Positions 55,341-64,000 of a DNA stretch of 64,000 bases are shown piece by piece. How positions within the stretch are numbered: position 1 is the first letter of the stretch; the number at the start of each line of letters is the position of its first letter. The notes under the pieces are model-generated. The model had not been told where the DNA came from and searched no databases. It saw only the letters and a program-made list of their open reading frames with translations. Source of the DNA: the human T2T-CHM13v2.0 reference genome, Homo sapiens; assembly GCF_009914755.1 (NCBI RefSeq), contig NC_060938.1. The stretch is one strand, 5' to 3'. The translations under genes were made by a program, and so were the position numbers.

Positions 55341-57929
55341 AGTTTTGTCATTATCATCACTATTATTGTTGTTATTACTATCATCATCATCATCTGTATT
55401 TACTGAATGAGAGAAGCCTTCACAATAAAAGGGATAATCAAAAAAGATTTTGAAAGACAGCTAGGGTGTGCCAAGGTACCTGAAGGCAGGAACTCGTCCC
55501 AGAGAAAAGAAAGAGTTTGTGCAAAGACTCAGAGCTATGAGAGTGAGTTGGGCTATTTTCTGGGATTGGCAATAGTAAAAATGACTGGATTTCTTGATTT
55601 TTCTGGGATAAAAGGTGTTGGTGTATGGGCCTTTTGAGGATCTAAGGTGTAAAATAATAGATGGTGGTCAAACCATAAGAGCTCTTGAGTGGTATGCTGT
55701 GAAGTATTATTATTACTCTGGAAATAAGTAGAAGTTATGGACAACATTGGATCAAAGTTTAGCATGGCTGCCAGAGTGAAATCTGGGTTAGAGAGGAGCT
55801 TGGAGACACGTATGTCTAGAGAGTTCAGGAAGGATAAAGTACTCAAAGAAAGGGGCTAGCACTAAAAGCAGCCAAGAAAAAGGAACTATAAGAAAGGTGA
55901 CTAAGATTTTCCTCCAAGGGCCGTAAGATGGACTTTATCCCCCTTGTAACCCTGAAAAAGCCTTTGCCTTCTTTAGTTCATGAAACAAATTCACAAGAAA
56001 TTATATAATTGCAGGACTGAGTCTCAGCTGACTGCAGATTTAAAATGGTGAATTCTCTCTTCTGATGTCTCAGTTTGTTGGCCATGAGTGGACTGAATCC
56101 TATACAGCCAGGAGAATCTGCTTCCAAGATTTACCCCCCCCAGCAAATGGCATATGCAAGTCCAGATCTTTTAGAAGATCTGAAATAATTATTTGGAGAA
56201 AAGAAAGAAAAGAAAAGGAAAGGAAAGGAAGGAAAAAAATAAATGTATGATTTCTTCCTTGAGTACTAAGTTTCCTTGTTCTATTTAGAAGAGATTATAA
56301 TTTAAAAATGTACGCCCCCATCTTTTCAGGAAGATTTCTACTGTATAATGTGACAGACTCATTGCTTTTAGTTTATTCAGAGCTGGTGCTAAGAATATGA
56401 AGATGAACCAAATGTTCTTCCTGCCCTTAGGGAGCCTGGTGTCCAGCACAGGACACAGACATGGAAGTGATAGATTGAAGGTTTTGTGGTGACAGGAGTG
56501 GGCACAGAGAGGAGATGTATCCTTGTCTGCCTGGGAGAATAAGACAGAGATTTGCAGGAGGATGAAGACAAGCCCTCTATGTCACAGTGGTGGAGATGCA
56601 TTTGCCATATGGTGACCATACTTTCTGAATCAAAAATTGAGATACATGATCTGACACAAGGTTTGACGATGGGACAGAATTTTTGAAATCAAGGCTGTCC
56701 GAGGAAACCCAGGACATATGGTTGCCATAACCAATCATTACTGTGCACACAGGGGGCATGGTTTGATCCACAAACAACCAAAGCCAGGATTCAGGCAGAC
56801 AATTTATATCAACGCTTGACTGCATATGTGGCAAACTGTATTTTCTGACCCTATCTATTGGCCTGACCATGGCTGGACACTCATTCATTCAGAGCAATCC
56901 TAAACGAAGTTGGGCATGCCGGAATGTAACAGACTTTAGAAACTACCTGGTCCAAACTGCACCTTACCATGCCAGTGGAGAAACTGAGGCTCAGAAAGGG
57001 GAAGAGACTCTCTCAAAATCATGCAGCTCCTACAGAACAGAGCTGGGTCTGGGTAATTTTCCTTCCCCTCACCAGGGCTGGATTTGAGAGACACATCAGA
57101 AAAGCCCATGAATTGAGAGAAAACACAACATGCCAGCCTTGGTGTCACTAAGGCCACAGTCAGTAGATTCACTCCCGACTAAACAACCAAAGTGTCACAT
57201 TTGATGGCCTTGAGCTCAGATCTCTCCAGAATATTGATGAGGCTGCCAAGCTGAATGTGAGAATGCCAGGCTGTTTAAGACGCAAAGGAGGTTGTTGTAA
57301 CACGATTTGTCAATGCCAAAGAGTTCCAAGGACTCTGAGTCTTCAACATTATATTCTACTGATCTTTCTCCATTGGTGGTGAAGCGATAATGAAAAGAGA
57401 AAGCTCATGGAAATAGACGAGGTATTCACGTATGCGCATTCGGGAGAGAGAGCTGTCTCAGCTGGAAAAGTGGAAAATCAAAAGTCCTCCTGCCTTTCCC
57501 CAAGATGGCACTGGAGAGGGAACCCACCTGAAAGCTACACCCATTGATCTTGAATCTCTGGTCGTTCTGACTTGGGAAGAGGCTGAGTTCCAGACGTACA
57601 TGCTGCCAAGAAACACTTAGTGCCTTCACAGCCAAAAAAAATGTAACACGCCTGCCCAGCATGTGAGAAGGGCAAAAAAAAAAAAAAAAAAAAAAAGTGG
57701 TTTTTCCTCTGGGGCTGACAAATACCAGCCCAGAACTCTGAGATTAAAATGCACGACAGACATGCTCTCCCTGATGCGGGCCTGGACTGGAGAAATAATT
57801 TAGAAGAACTGATGGAATGGCCTGTGCTTGGCTTGCATGCCTCTTCCTCTGGAATTCCAGCATAGTCCCACCTCTGGGATCCAGAGCTGGTTGTGGGCAT
57901 GTGGTCTAAGCTGGGGACCACCCATGAGT

Positions 57930-58120
57930 TTTCCTTCCTTTCCTCTCCTCTCCTTTCCCCTCTTCCTTTTCTAGTCTTTATTTTTCTCTGTTTATCTCAT
58001 TGGTTGTCTTTTGTCTTTCTTCTCTTTTGCCTTCTTTTCTCTTCTCTTCCATTTCTTCCCATCCCTTCTCTTTTCCTTCCTTCCTTCTCTTCTCTCTTTT
58101 CATTTCCTTGTCTTTCTCCC
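57930..58120. repeat. CT-rich low-complexity tract
   Basis: Directly visible. Confidence 0.85.
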
Positions 58121-58509
58121 CATCTGGGGTGACATACAATAATGCAAATTAAATATAAATTGCTTTGTGCCTAGATGCTGTTGGGATCTGAGATGCTCTC
58201 CCAGCTTACTGATCGTTCTTAGCCATCCATTCATATTTTCATCCATCCACCCATCTACCCATTACCATCTCCTGCCATCCTCCCAACCAAGCATTTGTCT
58301 ATCCTTCTCTTCAATTCACATCGGCAAGCATTTCCCAAATCACATATAAGCACCAGGGACCCAACAATACCCTATGACAGCAGAAATGAATATGACCTCA
58401 ACCTGGAATTTGAGAAGTCACCCAGTGTAGGAGGCAAACTTATAATTATTACTTAGTAAATGTTTGATAAGGGCAGAGCCTTCAGTCCATCAGTCTATTC
58501 TGTGCAGCC

Positions 58510-58823
58510 TTTTTTTCTTTTTTTTTTTTTTTTATTTTTAGAGACAGGGCCTCGTTTTATTGCCTCAGCTGCAGTACAGTGGCACTATCATAGCTCACTG
58601 CAGCCTTGAATCCCGGGCTCAGGGGATCCTTCCTCCTTAGCCTGCCAAGTAGCTGGGACTACAGGCATGTGCCACCATGCCCAACTAATTTTTTAAAAAA
58701 TTTGTAGAGAAAGGATCTCACTATGTTGCCCTGAATGGTCTCAAACTCCTGGGCTCAAGTGAACCTCCTGCCTCAGTGTCCCAAATGCACTGAGATTACA
58801 GGCCTAAACCACTACACCCAGCC
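58510..58823 (-). mobile_element. AluJ
   Basis: J diagnostics 'atcatagctcactgcagccttgaa', 'ctcactatgttgccc', 'cctgggctcaagtga'; decayed TSD tctgtg. Confidence 0.93.
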
Positions 58824-58916
58824 TCTGTGTACTCTTTAGGTGAAAAGGAGTTAGTCCTTTGAAGAGGAGAGAAAACACCAACTCTCTAAGTTGAAGGAGC
58901 ACATAGGAGGTGCACA

Positions 58917-59032
58917 TAGGATGACGACGAATTGTCCTGAATTGCCTGGGACTGAGGCGATTCCTGGGATGCAGAACTTTCAGCTTTAAAGCCAATATAG
59001 TCTCAGACAAATCATGATGGATTGGTCACATT
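58917..59032. mobile_element. MER81-like hAT-Blackjack MITE
   Basis: ~115 bp; 'taggatgac...tgcctgggactgaggcgattcctgggatgcagaactttcag...ttggtcac'. Confidence 0.7.
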
Positions 59033-59049
59033 GTGTATGCATTGGTCTG

Positions 59050-59516
59050 TGTGGCAGGCATAATAACAGCCACCCAAAGACGTCCAAATTCTAATTTCTG
59101 GAATCTGCAAGTATGTCACCTTATAGGCCAAGACGGACTTTGCAGATGTGATTAAGTAAAGGATTTTGAAATGGGGAGATTATCCTGTACTACAATTGTC
59201 CTTATAAGGGAAAGAAAGAAGAGGGTGAGAGTCAGAAAAGGGAGACGTGCTATGGTTGCAGAGGTTAGAGTGATGCAGTTGCTGGAAGTGCCCCACAGCC
59301 AAAGCAAGCAGGTGACTTCCAGGAACTGGAGAAGGCATGGAACAGATTCTCCCCAAGGGCCTTCCAAAGGAACACAGCCCTTCTGACATCTTGATTTGAG
59401 CTCCATGAGACCCATTTTGGGCTCTGACCTCCAGAACTTTAAGACAACAAATGTGTGTTGTTTTAAGCCACTAAATTTATGGTAATTTGTTACAGCAGCA
59501 ATAGCAGACTAATACA
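59050..59516 (+). mobile_element. Solo MaLR LTR MLT1D-like
   Basis: tgtggcaggcataat ... cagcaatagcagactaataca; near-perfect 5-bp TSD (g/c)tctg. Confidence 0.9.
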
Positions 59517-61554
59517 CTCTGCTTTCCAAAAAATCCCCCAAAGACTTGAATGCAGGTTGCTTTGCTGCCTTTCTATGGCCCCAGGGCAGATTCTGGTTTC
59601 TCCCAAAATACCATTCCTTTATTAATGAAGGAGGCAGTGTGGGAAGTGTTGAGAGCACATTGAAAAGCAACCATTTACTGATCATCCAGGTTAAGCTGGA
59701 GCACTAGAGTGGGAATTCAGATGCTTCAGCTGCATGTCTGGCTCTGCCTTTCCTTGCTCTGTCAGCTTGGTCTACCTCTCTGGAATCTCTGGTTCTTACT
59801 TATCTCTAAAATGAACTAAATAACATAGAATTATCATCTCAAATTTATAAACTTTGGTAACATTCTTAAGTGATCATGCATTCGTAATGTGTTTGTGACT
59901 GACTCCAGAGCATATGCATTTTTGGGGGGTGACATCACACCCAAGAGGATTAAAATGGATTCTTGGATGGGGGGCTCTTACTGTTTCTGTGTTTTAGAAA
60001 CAGATGTACAGATGATACATAACCGAATACACAGTATACCTGTGGTATGGAAGGTTCATGGGGTGGTGACAAGGAAAAGTGTCCAACACGTCTCCTTCCG
60101 GGAGTGCTAATGGCAAAGAAAAAGGCTGAGAATCATTTGTCTAGTTATTGCACCACCTGTTGCTATTTGATAACGTGTTTTAAAGGGCATGGGAAAGATG
60201 ATGAAGCAGAGGAATCTCAGGAACTTTCTGGAGTCAGATGAATATAAATCCAATTCTTCACGTGGTTGTAGATCTGTACCACTCTGAGATCAGTCTCTTT
60301 ATCTGTGACGGAAGACAGAACTGTTCTCAGGTTGTTGTTGGTATTTCATTAGATAAGACAGAGAGAGATACAGATATATAGGCAAATATAAATTGTCACA
60401 GAGCCTGGCCTTCAATGATGTGTCTCCCCTTTTCTTCCTCATCTTTTTGCTCCTTACGAAACGTCATTGTGGAATCATTTCTTCACTGCTCACCCCTTAC
60501 TGTTGTGCCCCCTACCTGACACTTACTTTTGCTTGTAAATTGAATCAACATATGGAAACATCTAGCTTTATTTCATTCCCTGATTAGTGGAGCGCCAAAC
60601 ATGTGTGTTTGATTACTCTGGAGGCCAGGGAGCAGACAGCACTGGAATAGTCTGACCCCTTTGGCCAGGGAGAAAAATTAGGCCCAAGGGGTGGCCTGGC
60701 CAAGCTGCCCCTGTGCTGTAACGTGGTCACAGGGTTTCTCGCACCTTCCATCAGGCCATGGTCCAAATGCAGGGGGAGCTGAGGGTTCAGCATGGAGGTC
60801 GTTCCACCGGGTCTGCTTGTGTTACGATCAATTTGTCTTCAGAGACAGCGCCCATGCTTCCAGAGACAGACTTTGTTCTTACCATCCCATCTTCCCACAC
60901 TATGGAGTAATAGAAGAAAAGAATAGTGTTCTATGGCCTGTTGTTGTTAGGATAAGGATTCCATGTCATGCCGTAGTGTTCCTTTAATGAACACCCATGG
61001 GGGGAAAAATAAATCTCCAGGCTCAATAGAGGGGACAGAAAGGCTTCTTGAGGACATTTTCCCTTTTGAATCTGGCGAGTATCATGCATTGGAATTCATC
61101 ATGTTTCCTTCTGCGCTTGGGCTGCCAGGAAACTCAGAGCCAAATTTGTGTTATATTTCTAACATCTGTACAAAACCTTTCTGATTTTTTTTTATGTTTT
61201 TATGTTTGATTCGTTCTTTGTAACTTTATCTTCTCTGCTGCTCCTGGTTCCTTCCCACAACCCTAGTGGGCTGACTTGCTCTCTGGGTAACTAACACCAG
61301 TGAGTATTCCCAGAAGACGACTACTGCTATTCTCCCCACTTCCCCCTTTCTGAACCCATTAAGGGTTCATAGTCCTGCCTTTTTTCACCAAATGTTAATA
61401 TCACACTTAAATTGTGATCCAGAAGTCATGACCCACAAAGGACCACTTGGACCTTGCTTCTTATTTGATACCTAACTCCAGGAATTGCCTCTTTAAAGGC
61501 ACTGGGTAAAAAATGATGGACCGGGCTCAAGGAAAGAAAACCCAGTCAAAGCTT

Positions 61555-62440
61555 AGGTGAACAAATATGTTTGACCACTTAATATAGGTATTGTGGAAGC
61601 CAAGATGCATGGACTCTCATTCCAGAGCCCACAGTCTCACTGGGGTGACACACAGGGAACAGTTAGTGTAGTACAGTCCCCTAAGTGCTATGGTGGAACA
61701 GGTGCATTGGAGTACTGGAAACAGGAGGGAGATCAATGTTGCAGACCCCAGGGAATCAGGCAATGCTTCCTGGAGGAAGTGGCACTTGAGCTTAATTGTA
61801 AAAGGCAGGCAGTTGAAAACTCATGTCCACATAGAAAGTTGCACACAAATATTCATGGAAGGTTTTATTGATAATTGCTAAAATTTAGAAGCAATCAAGA
61901 TGTTCTTCAATAGGTAAAGGAATGAACAAACTGTGGTACATCTGTACCATGGAATATTATTCAGCAATAATATTGATATGGAGGAGACTTACATGCATAT
62001 TATTAAGTAAAAGGTGGTTAAAAATCTATATGCTTTCTGATTCTAATCATAAGACATTCTGGAAAAGGCTAAAATATCAAGAAAGTAAAAAAAAAATTAG
62101 TGGTTCTTAGGGGTTTGGTGGCAAGGAGGAAGGGATAGAAAAAGAGCTCATGAAAGAGAGAGGGAAGACCGGTGTGCAGAGTACAAAGGTGGTCAGTGAG
62201 AAAGGACATTCCAGTTGGTGGCAATAATAGAAGCCAAGGCATAATAATTGAAAATGCAGAACCTGATTCAATCAGGACAGGTCAGGCTGTGTTGCAGAAA
62301 CTAAAATACAAGAGAGGAATAAGGGGGATGAGGCCAGTAAGCAAGTGGACCAGATCACAGAAACCTGAATTTTGTCCTTATGACAATGGGGAATGTTTAA
62401 AATAACTTAAGCACAAGCATGCGATGGTCACATTTATTGG
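61555..62440 (-). mobile_element. L2 fragment interrupted by an L1
   Basis: 'tgaacaaatatgttt', 'gcttcctggaggaagtggcacttgagc' on the left; 'ggacattccagttgg', 'gacaatggggaatg' on the right. Confidence 0.6.
61811..62140 (+). mobile_element. L1MC/MD-like fragment (ORF2 end / 3' UTR)
   Basis: 'aaaactcatgtccaca...aagatgttcttcaataggt...aaactgtggtacatc...atggaatattattcagcaata...gacattctggaaaaggc'. Confidence 0.85.
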
Positions 62441-63123
62441 TCACTGCCACCAAGAAGCTGTGGACTTAAACCCTCATCTTTGCCTCCTTCCCTTACTCCT
62501 CTTCCAAGCCCAGTCAGTGGGGAGTAACATGATCAAGTGCACTTTTTAATGTCTAGTCTGTGAATATAGTTCATCAACAGTGTCCAGGAATGATGGGGCA
62601 GCCTTGAGCCAGACGGTATGACAGTCAATAAAGACAGACCAAAAGTATAGCTCAGTGAATACAGAAGCATTTACTGGACATTTACAAAGTGCTAGAAAAC
62701 TGCACATTCTCTCGTTGTCTCTCTCTCTCTCCCTTCTTTCTCTCTCCTACCCTCTCACTCTTCTTTCTGCCCCCCCGTAACAATGTTTTAAGTTTGGTTT
62801 ATTATTACATGCATTGACAAAACTGAGGCTGATTGCCATGAAGCAATTTTGCCTAATGTCAGAAGAAAGTGAGCCCAGGTCATTGGGCCCCAAATCCAAT
62901 GCTTTCTATTTGAACTGCTTTCAAACTTGCTATCCACCTCTATTCATCACATCTGAATTCTTCCAGCCTCTGCCAAAGAGGTCATTTCTTGGCACACTGA
63001 ATCCCATTGTGGAGAGGGATAGAATAGGTGTGCCCTGGCCATCAGGTCACTACAATTATTATATATAGACTTCTGACTTGTGCATCCATGATCTCACAGC
63101 AGCACCGATTATTGTTACCCATA

Positions 63124-63599
63124 TGTGTTATTAACAGCTTCCTAAGGCTGCTATAACAAAGTACCAAAGCACGGTGGCTTAAAACAATAGAAACCTGCTC
63201 TGTCATAGTATGAAGGCAGAACTCTGAAATCAAAGCGGCAGCAGGGTTACTTCCTTTGGGGGCTGTGAAGGAGAATCCCACCCATGCCTCCCTCCTAGCT
63301 TTGGGTGTCTGCCGGCAGTCCTTGGTATTCCTTGGCTTGCGGCTGCCACACTCCCATTTCTGCCTCCATCCTCACATGGCCTTCTTGTTTGTCGTCTCTT
63401 CTATGTCTGCGTATGTCCAATCTTCCTTTCCTCTCTCTTACAAGGACACCAGTTGTTGGGCTTTGGGTCCCATCCTAAATCCAGATGACCGCAATTACTT
63501 CTGCAAAGACCCTATTTCCAAATAAAGTCACATTCACAAGCGTGGAGATCAGGACTTGGCCTGGTTTCTTTGGGGGACATAATTTCACCTGCTACTGCA
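63124..63599 (-). mobile_element. Solo MaLR LTR MLT1C-like
   Basis: 'ggctgctataacaaagtacc...ggtggcttaaaacaa', 'ctgcaaagaccctatttccaaataaagtcacattc'. Confidence 0.85.
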
Positions 63600-63871
63600 T
63601 AGATGAGCAAGAGGAGTTTTTGCGAGGCTCAGTGACTCATCCCAGCACACAGCTAGGAAGTAAGGGAACATTAAGACAGAAGACCAGCTCCTTCTATCAC
63701 AAATCCAGGCCCCTCCTGTCTCTAGATCTCAAAGTCATTATCTCTGAATGCAACCTTTGGTTTAGAGACGTACATACAGCATTCAGAGCCAAGAAGAATC
63801 AAGGATGCGGTCCTTGGAAAAAGAAACACCTTGGAACTTGAAAAAAGAAACACCTTTCCTTTTCTATGGGA

Positions 63872-64000
63872 GTGTGCTTATGATATCTTGCTGCATAACA
63901 ACTACCCCAAGACTTTTTGGACTAAAACAACAAGCATGTTTTATCCCCGAGGTTTTGTGGGTCAGCAATTCCAGGTTGCTTAGCTGGGACTTCTGCATCC
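63872..64000 (-). mobile_element. MaLR LTR fragment (MLT1F/G/H-like), runs off the window
   Basis: 'ttgctgcataacaactaccccaa...taaaacaacaagcat...tgtgggtcagcaattc...gcttagctggg'. Confidence 0.65.

Overview
Primate (very probably human) non-coding genomic DNA, intronic or intergenic; I cannot place the locus. No protein-coding exon, RNA gene or full processed pseudogene can be supported: the listed ORFs come from Alu, L1, MaLR or microsatellite sequence, or are chance ORFs. The window is a mosaic of 13 Alu copies (J/S/Y, most with readable target-site duplications), L1 3' fragments, old L1ME/HAL1-like tracts, many MIR and L2 relics, solo MaLR/ERVL LTRs, hAT MITEs and microsatellites. I found no novel biological system. 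The most notable structures are: (1) two local non-tandem duplications (19-215/1053-1254; 16786-17106/25168-25488, the second copy abutting a CA repeat); (2) an Alu whose right-arm start is replaced by nested inverted copies, consistent with template switching; (3) a possible ~40 bp retro-insertion of AATAAA+spacer+polyA with an 8-bp TSD; (4) a MEF2/GATA/KLF/CArG-like motif cluster at ~30.4-30.6 kb; (5) a perfect 14-bp hairpin; (6) an 11-unit GGAA run. Repeat subfamily names come from recall of consensus sequences, and boundaries of old repeats are approximate.
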